This document shows positions 25,301 to 38,542 of a stretch of 64,000 nucleotides of DNA, piece by piece (position 1 is the first letter of the stretch; each line of letters begins with the position of its first letter). Source of the stretch: Antedon mediterranea. Its lineage: Eukaryota > Animalia > Echinodermata. The notes under the pieces were generated by a model. It made no database searches and was not told the DNA's origin. It worked only from the letters and a program-made list of their open reading frames with translations. The stretch lies in NCBI RefSeq assembly GCF_964355755.1, contig NC_092673.1, positions 24,549,648 to 24,613,647 of the forward strand, given 5' to 3'. The position numbers and the translations under genes are program-made.

Positions 25301-28300
25301 ATCACATTTTGTTGTTTGTCACATATAACAGAGCTTTATAATTATGTATTATATTTTTCTTCCTAGGTGCATCAAATTCTGTATATTCTATTGATTATGA
25401 CAATGAAAATACGAGTAATATAAGTGGTCGGAACACACCACGCTCTGCTATAAGTTTGGCCAGTAGCACAACAGACAATCCACGTCCAGATCTCATAGAC
25501 TCGGCTCAGTTACCAAACAGTGGCAATATTACAGATAGATTTGGGAAATTTGAGATTGGAGATGAACTTGAGAACAAAAAAATGCATGGATTAGGTGGTG
25601 AGTTTTGTTACAATTTTCCTTTTATAATCTTGTACTGAAAACCGGCCTTTTGTTTTTTATTACTTTTAATATTAAACAAAACCTGTTTGTCTGTCTGTCT
25701 AACTTCTGTTTCATATTTGTTACCAGAGCTATGCTGTCAATTTACTTCTTTATCATATCAGTAAGAGCAGAACTATGAAAAATAATTTTCTCGAATTAGA
25801 GGACATTTTGAAAAGCAGATAAAAGTATTTTATGATAAAAATAGACTCATATCATAATGCACTGTTCCCAAAAGGATGTGGTCCAAACCACACAATAGAT
25901 TTAGACATTACACATATATACTGTACACTATATACTGTATATTTTTTTGTTTTTGTGAACTCTTCCTCATTCAATTATATATACTGTATATACAATATCT
26001 GAAATCCTTTAAATCACATGTAAAGTGCGATAGAAGTAAAGAAGAAATTAAGTAAAGGTCCACAATAAATCTATTGTGTCATAACTAAAACAGGTAGAAT
26101 ATCTAAAGCTCTGTCTACACTATCAAACTTTATGTGATGTGCCCATATATGGACTTGATGATGTCATATCACTACTATATTTGGGCAAAACACTACCATA
26201 TTTGGGCACATCAGACGTTTTTGTCAAACTGATAGTGTAGACAGAGCAGAGCTTAAAACATAAATCCAAATGTTCTGTAGACGCATAAATATTTTACACG
26301 TCACATTCATGTACGTTACTACTGTAAGATTGTCTTTTCTTACATTTAAGATGGCTATTTTATGAGGGTATCATAGATTATACAGGATGTATTTTTATCT
26401 AACTGTTAATATGTTTTAAATTCTGTTCTATTTAGAAACTTTCAGTGATACATGGAGTACAGACGTTATCGAGAGTGATAACTCCGAACCCTCAGAAGCT
26501 AATCCTACAGAAAGACTTCAGGAAATCTCTGAGTCTGAATTAGAGTACAGTGCACTTGGAGCGGTTGCCCGGCTTCCAGAGAGCACTATCGAGATTTCAG
26601 AAACCACAAGTGAGACTTGGAGTGTGGACGTATTACAAAGCGATTCAGAAGCATTGGATGATAGGTTAATAGAGGTTGCTGATGCTCCTGAAGTAACAGG
26701 TAGGTTCCAACAAGTGACATCTCAAAATGAACTTTAGCTCTGTCTACACTATCAAATGTGACAAAAATGTGAGGTGCCCATATATGGACATGATGTCATA
26801 TCACTACCATACTTTGGCATATCACTACCATATATAGGCACATCACACCTTTTTTGCCAAACTAGTTTGATAGTGTAGACAGCGCTTAAGAGTTTGCCAT
26901 TTATATTCTTTAAAAAAAGCCAGTAATAAACATTTTATCTTCCCGGCTCCCATGTTCATGTTATGCAGCCTCTTATTGTCATATAATATTGACTGCTTTT
27001 CTTAAGTTTATTTTGATTATTTAAACAAAATTTATTATTTATTTTGAGAATTACTTATAGTGAATATGCTCATGTTAAACAAATTTAGCATAAACTGTTT
27101 TTATTCTTTGCAATATGAGATTTACAATATTTTATGTTATATTAAGGTTTAGAATTGTTGGAAGAAGAGAATGAAGAACAAATGTCTTCGAAAGTAAGTG
27201 AGGGTCAAAGTTCACGTCGCAGTTCCTATGGCAGTCAGAGCATAGGTCGGAGTTCAAATAATGATAGTCCAAGTGAGGATAATCCGAAAAAGGAACAGGT
27301 AAGTTTTATTTTCTGCATTAGTAAATTAAGAAATTGTTTGGAAGTTGGTAGTGGCTTGCCACTGTACTGTAAGTCAGGCCACATTTAAACACAACCAAAT
27401 CTGCAGAACCGTCTTTTTAAATTAACCCACTTCTAAATTACCAACCATATCATAAAAGTTAAAGAGCATTTTTTAATCAAACCACACATGCACAAAGACA
27501 CACTAACTATATGTAAGGGAATATTAAAATGCTAGGTGATCTATTAGTATTTAATAGTAAAAGGCTTTAAATAGAGAATGGAAGAAATGGTATATTGGAG
27601 AATAAAACAATTCCATTTAGGAATATAATTACAAATTTTAATCAGGATTGAATTTTCTATTTTTGCGATGAATTATTTGTTTTGGCCTTATTAACATGCC
27701 TGTTTTACTAGCCATCTTGTAATTGGTTAATATCTAATAACTTTCCTCTAATCTGATTGGATGGGATGCAGACTAACATGCCCGGATGAAAGTAAACATC
27801 CTGATAAAACTCTTCACCCTATGGTTGTTGTGTGCTGTCTTCATTAACTTGCTAAATGTTAAAATGTGTGCATAAGTAACTGTACCTAAATATGTGATGT
27901 GCCCATATATGGACATGATGATGACATATCACTACCATATTTGGGCATATCACTACCTGAATATTTTCACAATGCCGTAATATTTGCACTTTCAATATTG
28001 TCTCCATCTGTTTTGGTTAAGGTAAAAATGTCATCAGGTTTTCATGTTTCAATCTTATTTAACTGTTTGTTTTTATTTGCTATTTATTATCAGTTAATCA
28101 TTGATCTAAATTTTTGGCTAACCTGGTTTCAAATGTTTTACTCGGATTACCAGGTCATAGTTCATGGAAGTAGAATGTTAATTTAACAATGTATTCTAGA
28201 TCTTTAAATTTTAAAATTTGTATTTTTTTAAATTTTATTTCATCATCACCCTACAGTGACCAAACGTCACTATTAACAGGGTTTATTTATTTATTCTTTC

Positions 28301-31300
28301 TTTTGGCTGGATTGCATTTTTGGTAATGCAGTACTGCTTTCCAAAATGGTCCAGTTATACGTTTAAAAGTAAATAAAATTTATAACATATATAAATACAA
28401 AGTAGGCCTAATTTAAATAATATATACAGAACAGTTATAATATAATATAATATATACAAACAAAAATCAACAGATAACAAGACAACATTTAAATATTACT
28501 GACATTAGACAAAACCCTTGTGACGGAAACAAGCAAATAATGATAAAACTGAACAAAAGTGAAAGAAGGTTATGCAAGACAGGTCTATATTGGATAGTAT
28601 AGCACAATCAATTTGAAGTATACCTGTAAGGTACAAAGCATTAAAAAATAATAATAATAAATAAAATTAAATAAAATTTCTTAAAACCTTGCACATCTAC
28701 ACAAACATCAAGTGGTTTTGGAAGATATAATCTCTGCTAATTTCTACTGGTTGGTTTGTTTGTTTATATGTTTTTCTGCACACAAATAACATTTACAATG
28801 AAAGAACAAAGTTACAGAAGTGAAAAAAAGTATGCAGAAGAGAGCTAAAATAAGAGACAAACTTTAAACTGGTGATGATGAAATAATTTATATAATGTTG
28901 GTATTATTGTTTTAACAAATAATTTGGATAATTAATCATTTAAGTGGAAGTATTTTATCCATTGGTTCTAATAGGCGCAAGGACATACAGACAGTCTTAC
29001 TACACCAACAGTCCACTTTACCAAGGAGGGCGGAGCCCATGCCAACCAATCTGTGAACCCATTGGATGATTTTGGGATGCCGTCATTTTCGAAGCAATCG
29101 ACCAATCGGGAGTCTCAAGATAAAAGACCATCAACTGTTGTTGTGGATCATTTTTACGAGCTAGAAGGAAATAATAAATTATCGACGCCGTTAAATCAAT
29201 TGGAAGCTTCCCGGTCTGAATCTAAAATTGATGCATTATTGGTAGACTTTGATCCTTTCGCAACTAATACATACCATCAACAAACTTCCTCAAAACAATC
29301 CAACACTCTTCCTCTTGGTGCTAGACCTAAACAAAAATTTATAATCACGTCACAACTGTACGATGAGAAAGGACAACGCGGACCGATTGGAGTGACAAAT
29401 CCTCTTTACGAATTAAGCAACGGGGATTTTCATTCCAATGGCGCGATAAAGTCCAACACATTGAATCCGTTTAATCGACATAGTCACCCATTCTCTCAAA
29501 AAGCTGTTGATCCAATTCACGGTGAAAACGATATATTCTTTTTAACTGATAAACCAAAGAGAAGAACAAACCCATTTGATACATCTAGTAATCCTAACCC
29601 ATTTGATGAGGACAAGGAACAGGGAGCTTGTCTTGAAAATGATTTTACCCCCACACAGGAAAACTGCAAAGGTTGTTTTGAAGATGCACTTATAAACGTT
29701 GGCAATGAAGAATCTGTAAATAAACCCAAAGAACATACAAATGACTCCATTCAAGATCACAGTATGGAAGAAAGGGATATCTTTCCTTCCAACGACAAAG
29801 AACCACCGTCATCTAATTCCTACAGTTCAACACGTGTCGATAGCGGTTTTGCATCCGGTGAATCTGTAGACCTGACACATTTGCGCGAGAATAGCTTCAC
29901 AAGTTCCGGAAGTCTTAGCAGTGCCTCTGGAATGCTGGCATCCTCAGAGAGTGGACGTTTGACATCGTCTGGAAGCTACACCAAACCAAGCATTGCAACC
30001 AATTTTGGTCGGTCTATCAGCTTTGAAAGCAACACAGGAGAAAAGGCTGTAAGTGAACATGTGTGTATAGTGTTGCCATGTTCTTGTTAATTTATGGCCC
30101 AATTTCAATGTACTAACATGATAGATAATGATGGTTTTACATATCTTGTTTTATCATAAATTGCAAATTATAATACTTTCTATAAATTAGATTTTGTTGA
30201 TGTTGTTCATTAATATATTCTGTGGGCATTATTTTTTTTCCAACTTGTTAAGGCAGAAATCTTGAATATTGCATAAATTAAGACCTAATAGATAGTACTT
30301 TGTCAACAGTTGTCTACAAGCCTGCTCTTTGGGTAAATGGTTAAGGTCAATTTACACAAAAAAAGTGTTAACGGTATGCGGAAAACCATGTGCTTGTTTC
30401 ACGTAGAATCTTTATCCTGTGGTTTCTGCTCTGACCACATGTCCACTCCATGTTGTATGTAAATGGTCATAAGAAATGACATTTTTTTTCCGTTTAACAC
30501 GTACCATTACCGCTCATCTGTGTCTTTAGTATTCAGCATTTTATTCGGTAGACTAGGGTTCAAAACCCATTTTCTTTAAAGTGAGACTAAGAGATTATTC
30601 ATGCATTATTCATGATTTCTGTTTTAACACTTCAGAAAAAATTAACTGGTAGTACAGTACCGTAGTGTATGTGTACTTGTAGTTCTTCTCTTAATACTCA
30701 CTCACTGACTAAAACAAACTTACCAACTTTCACTAATTCTTACTACTACTGGTTCACTCCAATCTTCACTATTATCACCTTATATATATATTTACGTTTT
30801 TATCAAATATTTATATAAAATTTATATATATATATATCTCATATCATTTTATATATACATTTTCAGAATAACCAGCAAATGAAGGCTAAAACTATGAAAG
30901 CACGGAATCTTAAGGTTGACCAGCAGTTTTCCTAATTTCCATGCCATGCTCTCGCTTGTCAAATTACTTCTACTGTAGTTCTTTCCCTTAATTCTAGTAT
31001 AATAGATAATTCTGTTTGCAAATTCCTTATGTTGGTCATAGTGACTGCAATGCTAAATCAACAGTAAAGACAGATAGACAATTCATACTAACCGACTGAA
31101 ATGAAAATGGTTTCTTGGGCTCTTTCTGGTGAATTACAAAACAGTGGGCGGAGATCACTCAATTTCTGTTGGAATGTAAATAATTTGGCAGGACATTATG
31201 TATTCAAATTTCAATTATCCTTGCGTAATCGACTTACTCACCAATTATATCAGCAAATATTTGCTTTATCCTCTATTGATCATCATGCTTCTCAGCTTTC

Positions 31301-34300
31301 CCATGAATGATATTGGTGACTGCTCTTTTGGTTCTCAAAATAAAATGTTGCATCTGCTGATTCTTTTGCAAAGGAATCAGCTTTCCCACAACAAAATATA
31401 TCGGTGACTGATCTTGCGCATTAACGATATGCAACAATAGTGCATTATCCACTTGCGATGGAATATGTCTGTAGATACTGATCTTAACGTAGCAGTTTCC
31501 AATTTAATTGATAAAGAAACTTAAATGACTACGGAGGTATTAAGGAACTAACTACAGTAGAATTACTGGAACTGGTTGTTTTCCCTGTTTTATATCGAAT
31601 GATAAAAGCATTTTTTGTTGTGATGTTTAATAAATTAAAAAAGAAAAGAAAAAAAAACTAAAGAAAGAAAACTAATAGTTATGGTTTGAAACAATGGCTT
31701 GTTTTATAATCCTTATTTTGTCTTTTTTTGATTGAATGATTTTTATTGTGTGTTTATTATTTTGCTAAATTTGAAGGAAAAAAACCGCCAAAAAACCTTC
31801 TGTAGCTAAAAAAAATGTAGGATTTAGTACAAAGAATGGCACCAAGGTTTACTTTTTTTTATTATTTCATTCTATATAATTGATTTGATTAAAAAAACAA
31901 CAAGAAACATGTATTGAAATCTTATAATATAGTAATTATTTAAATTGTGGGTGTTCATTAGTATTATTTATGAGTTATTAATTTTATGTTCTTATTGTAG
32001 TGATATTGTATTTATGTTTTTTTTATATATATATTATTTTTTTATTTTCATAACTGTATGTTTTGGTGTGCGTACATACTGTCTGTTTTGCATGTAGACT
32101 GCGATGTATACTAATTGCATGGTTTAAGTATTATAAAATTATTTTGCCAATCACAAAATAATATTTACTGTTTGTTATTCCATAAAGGTTGTTTTACTTT
32201 GGGTTGCACCAATGCTCTACCTTAAAACATGGACACAACTTTTAAGAATTCCTTAATCTTGTATTAGGGATTATTGTTTAGATTCTAGATTATTTTCCAG
32301 ATTCTAGATTATTTGTCATTAAGCATAGTTTTTAAAGGTTTTACCTTGTTGAGCTGCATAACTTCAGAATTAGGATTCAAAATTAAAAGGTCAAAATTAA
32401 ATTACGCCTACAGAGTGCAAATTTACCCACACTAAAACACGCTAAAATGTTCTGTTACTATTTAATGTTTCCTTTTCCTATGCCTGACATTTCAAACAAA
32501 CCTGTCCTACATTAATATCACAAATAAAAAAACAATATTAATTTTACCATTTAGCAAAAATTAAATTATCTAGCTTCGTCCCATATAATTGCATTAATAA
32601 TTTGACTGATCATGCCTTCATTGTTTATACATGATTCAATCACTTTCAAGGTTTGTTGTCATTCCTTCTTTCGATGAGTAACACTCACTAAAAATATCGT
32701 CTGCCTCAAATTCATTTATTTGTCACGTCGTACATGCATGTTTACCCTCTTAATCCAAGGCTGTACAGTAATACTTATAAGAGAATTTCCAGACAGAAGT
32801 TTGGTTTTTTTTTTCGAAGAGGGTTATGTTAGGGGATGCAACATAATAATATGGGTTAAGGTCGTTGCTTTTTTTCTACCCTTGAGAAATTTTAAAGTGA
32901 AATAACATTCAGAGTAGGGCAACACACAATATGATTTTTTTACATTAAACTTTCACTAATAATATTTCTGTTTCATTAATTATTTAACTGTTTTATATTT
33001 AATGTAATTAATGAACAAGATACATATACAGTATTTCAAAAGTAGGCCAGACTGTCTTTATATTGATGAATTCAATTGATGTTAAACATTACTATAGTCC
33101 TTTCAATTCTTAGAAAACAAATTTTAAATGTAGGTCAACATTTTGTTGAAATTTATGTAGGTGCTTTTTAGTTCAATCAATGTCTATGGTAATTATGTTT
33201 ACCATATAATGTAGTTCATATTGTTTTTGCACTTTGTCAATTGTGAACCTCACATAAAATTCTTTTTTTTTTTTCAAGCAAAAAAACAGTATAGAAATCC
33301 CTTTAAAAAACTTTGGCTAGAATTTGCCAAAAAACACATTCCACTTTGGTTAGAAAAAGCAATTTGAATATAAAAGAATCATTTCATAGTTTTGTATAAT
33401 TTATTATTGCATACACAGGTTTAAAAAGGACAATGTTAAACAATATTTTGCTTTTATTTTTAATTTAGCATGTTGTTTTACGAAAAAAGAGAGTTTAATA
33501 CTAATTTCGACTTGCATTTGTTTGGTATCTAATTTACTAAAATAAATTTACTAATTAAATTATAGTTAATTTAGCGACACAATTATTTTGAAATAACAGA
33601 AAGTTTTCTCTTTTAGGAAAATGGTTCAGAAAAAGGCAAACCTTGGTGGAAAAATTTGATAGGTAAATTGTTTTTTTTTATACCTAAATGTTGATTTGAT
33701 ATATTGGAGCATTTACCTACATTACAGTATTGCATTGATAATTAATAGACAAGACATTATGAATATTAAAGATGTATCTTGTCCCCCTGAAAAAAAATTT
33801 TTTTTCTTGAGTACGCCATTTTATTGGATTTTTTTAAAAATGTATTACCTTAAGAACTGTAATTTAAAGCAAAATATAGTCAAATTTGACTGCTAGCTAA
33901 TGGGTTTTTGGTTGAATTTAACCATTTATTTTGTCATTTTATAAGTGAAAACAATAAAAATGCTTTTTTTATACGGAAGTGATTAACTTTATTAAAACTA
34001 CAAACAAATAGTCTGATTTTATTCATCTTTATTTTTCATGTTTTTGGGAGACAATATATCTTGAATGATTATAATTATCTTTGTTATTAATATTATCCTA
34101 ATTTTGAACTTAATTAACAGGAAGTCGTAAACCAAAGAATCGTTCAAGTAAAGAGGAGACAAAAGAACTTGGAGGCAAACCAAAAAAGAGCTCAAGTACA
34201 GAAGGAATTCAGATAACTGGCATAAGTAACCAAGGACTCCAAGATAATTTGTATAACCATGGTATGAACATTTCAGCATCTTTGGGCCCGTTTATACAAA

Positions 34301-37300
34301 ACTCTAAATCAACACGCATCGACATTGGCATGTTGTATAAACAGAAATGGATTCCGTGTAATTTACTAAACCACTTGGAAAGGCTACTTGAAAAGACTAC
34401 TTGAGGACCGGCCAAATTCGACCGGTTGGTGAGCTGAAGTAGCCTTTTTAAGTAGCCTCAGGGGACAAGTTTCCCTTTATTATAGCAGCATACATTTGGC
34501 TGTGACTGACCTTCCTATTCATAACACGGGAGTTAACATTCATGTATCAACGCCCCTTTAAGATATAAACAAATATTTATATGAGAATTCAATTCAATTC
34601 CTGCTAGTTTCGTGCTTAAAGATTTTGTAAACAAAGCTTATCTTGTATAGATAAAGAGATGAGAATATGAGATATTAAAATAACATCATGTAAATAAGCA
34701 TTCTATTCTCTGAAGTTAAAGATTCAGGTACAACTTAAGTAAAACATTGTTTGTTCTTCCTTAAAAAAAATATGTTACTATCCTTTTCCTAGATGATGGT
34801 AGCATTGGATTAATGTCGTCATCTGTACCAGACACAACTAGCGAAGATATCTTAGATAAATACCGTGGGCTTGGAAAAGCTCAGTCACATGATCTCCTGG
34901 CAGACGTAGATGAACCAGGTAAGTTTGCTAGGCTACTGTCGCACCCAAATTAATCTGATACTAATATATTAATATGAGTAGATCAAACCATAGACATAAC
35001 ACAAAAATGTAATTATCAATCCAATTCATTCCATGATCTTTCCATAATGGTGAGACAATGTATTAAATATGTATATAAATTCTATAGAAATTCTATAAAA
35101 TTATAGGTTCTATAGGAAAAAAGAAACATTCAATAGACACAAAATAAATTCTATAGAAATTTAAATATGTTTCTTTAGAAATGTTGTACTTCTATAGAAT
35201 ACCATAGAGATCTATAAAATGTTCTATAGAACTCTATAGAATTCTATAGAACTGTTTTGTAAGGGCAAGCACAGGTTTGTGACCAACATCAAAGAACTTA
35301 TAACACAAGAATCTTCTGTTCGTCCGAAACGCGTAACAATTTCGAAAGGCATTGTGGGATAGAATAGAGCTATGGGTGGCGCCATTGTGAGCCATGGAGT
35401 AGGGCGCCCGCATCAAATTAGAATGTCAAAATCATAGAGGGGATCTGGTAATACTCTAGGTGGGGTAGAGTAATTGACTAAGGAGTAGGGCGCCCGCATC
35501 AAATTAGAAAGTCAAAATCATAGAGGGGATCTGCTAATACTCTAGGGGGGGTAGAGTAATTGACTTCCTAGTTTGGAGGGGGCGCTGCTCCATGCTATGA
35601 AATGGCGTCGCCCAGTTTGACCTTTTAACCCTGTACTTCCGATACTGTGTTTTGAATGCAAATTGAAGAACAGGAGATTCTTGTGTTTTAAGTTCTTTGC
35701 CAACATGTTCTATTGGTTCTGGTGGTAGAACATGTCTACTTGGACAAGAATCATAAACCATAATGCCAGTGTACAAAATTATTCTGGTTAGTTTTATAAA
35801 AATGTAGTAAACTATTTGAGGTTCTCTGCTGTCTTGTTCAATACAGCACTACCATACACAGAAAACAAAAATGCTAGATAACTACCTGCCCACCACAATG
35901 TGACTGATTCTACAGCTCTGTCTACGCTGTCAAACTTTATGTGACAAAAAAAATGTGATGTGCCTATATATAGACATGATGACATCATATCACTACCATA
36001 TTTGAGCATCACTACCATATTTGGGCACACTTTTTTTGTCAAACTAGTTTGATAGTGTAGACAGAGCTTTAGAAAAAAATATTTGTTGACATATTGAGAT
36101 ACTTATAAATTGCATGATTTTTTTTACTTTGCCAGATAATTTACTTTTATTCGGTGGGATTCAAGATCGTCAATCATCCATAATCGATCAAGATGGCCAA
36201 TCAGTGGACAGCGACCTTGAGTCGTCTTACTCGTTTCAGGATGCCAAGCGTAAACTGCGCATTGTTTTATGCGCTGCAGACTTCCACACCCTTCCTTGGT
36301 TGACAAACTTCTCGCACAGACACCGTGCACGCTCTATCATTGGTTGTGTCATTCAGAAAGACATTTCAAGTTATCCTGAGAATGAACTAATTGCGTTTCT
36401 AAAAGTTCAATTAGCTGAGGCTATAAATCTACAAAATAAATCGTTGATAGCACAGTTACACGAAACGTTAAGATGCGTCAGCAACTTTGATGATGAGACG
36501 TAAGTTTAAGTATATCGTAGAATTCCTATATGACCCAATAAAGTGTCTCCTTAGTAGGGAATCCCCTTAAAAACTGTCCAGTTCTACTCTATGAGCTATG
36601 GTTACACAATCTTTTCTCAATCAAGCTTGTTCTGATGCAACAATTACACCAGTTAAACATCCAATAATTTCCCAATGACATCTATATCATGTGACTACCG
36701 TTGTATTCTGAAACCTATAGGAGTTAATGTTACATATGAAATCTTTGGTAATTGTAGATTTGTGTTGAGTAGACCTAGTCTGACTGTATAATCGGTACAC
36801 GACGAAGTTCAATTACGTCAGATTAGTGGAAAACATCTGACCAATTAACAAACTCTAGTTAATATTGTATGTTTTTTCTCATTTAAGAACCAAAAAGTTA
36901 GTGTCATCATTAACTGAAGACTATGAGAACAGAAGCCCTTACATCAGTTATTTAGTGATATCTCGTAAAGGACTTATAGCATCCAAGTCTCACCTTGAAA
37001 GGTTACTAGAACGAGTAGAAAGGTAAGGGTTACTGAAACAAACTTGACCAAACACTTGTTTGTCACTGTTTGTGTTGCCTGCCTACACTAGTTACTACAT
37101 GGTGTCTATGTGTTCTCTCTAGGATCACATTTAAAAAAAGACTTACTTTACTAGCTTGAGTTCACTAACTTTAGCAATTTCAATTTCTGTATCTCCTTAA
37201 TTTTCATTTATATTTGAATTCATGCAATGCACAAAAACAGAGACACTGCTTTGATTGAATTATAAACATAAACAACTTCTAACTATAACAATTTATCAAT

Positions 37301-38498
37301 ATTGACAACCAGGGCAAGTGGCTACTTGTGCAAATTAACTGTGGTTGCTAGGGAAGCTTATCATAGGAGAAAACAACGAAAGTAATTTTATCATTAATTC
37401 AACTCTGAAACATGTTGTGACAGTTTAAAGTTTAATAAGCAATTTATATATCTTTTTTGCAGAGATAAATTTGTCAGTAATAAGTATTTCACATCTGTTT
37501 GTGTGAGACTTTTTCTGGGTCGCCAAGAAGATGCAATCTTGAAGTTCATAGGTGATTTCAAACGATTAACAGTTTCAGACGAAAAGGTGACTTTTATTAA
37601 TCTATGATTTATGATAATTGCAGTTAAAAAATCAGGAGTTCATCTGTCACTCTTTATTAAATGCTCATTCCTCTGGGGGTCTGTGAGGCATGAGATACAA
37701 TCTATGAGTCTCTTAATACTGAAAATTACAAAATAATAGCGATTCCTATTCAAATGTTTCAGGACTAAAACTTATTTTCCCCTAAAAACATGAACAATTC
37801 AGATTATAAAATCAGTCTTTAAATAGGCCGTTTTGCAGTTTTAATGATAAACTTATTCACTTCTGTAAACAACAATTATTATTTCACTTATAAAAAGACG
37901 AAACAAGTATTTGGAAATGAAGTTTATTGTATTGTAAAGTGAATGAATATTGAATATAGGCTGCTTGTTTTTATTTTGTATTCTCTCTTAATGTATATCC
38001 TTAACTTCAAACACACTTCAGGAAATATATAACTACATAATAATACAACAATATGAATATCTATTTGCTTTTCTTTGCCAGATATGATTTTTATATCAAC
38101 ATTTTTTTTTTTTACATTATTATTAATAAATATTTTGTTTTTTTTAGACTGATCTTGTTGAGGATTTTCTTAGCATTCTAAAAAATTGGATTCAACAGGA
38201 TGCTATTTGGTCATGTAAGTTTGAAATAATTGTGTGCCTCTGACTTAAGACAGGACTTGAACCACAACCTCACAGTCACAAACAAGTCCTTTCACTCTAT
38301 ATGTTCTAAACATGTTATTATATTTTAAATCATTTGATCTATATATAGAGAGCATGATTAATATATTTATTAAATAAATGACAAAGAATGTTCTAAAAAT
38401 ATTCCTGGAGTGTCCTTCATTTTTGTCATTACATCTGTCCAAACATTTTGGCATTGCATATACTTGGTTATGGTTATTATACATGACTAATAGTTATG

Positions 38499-38542
<44 letters not shown>

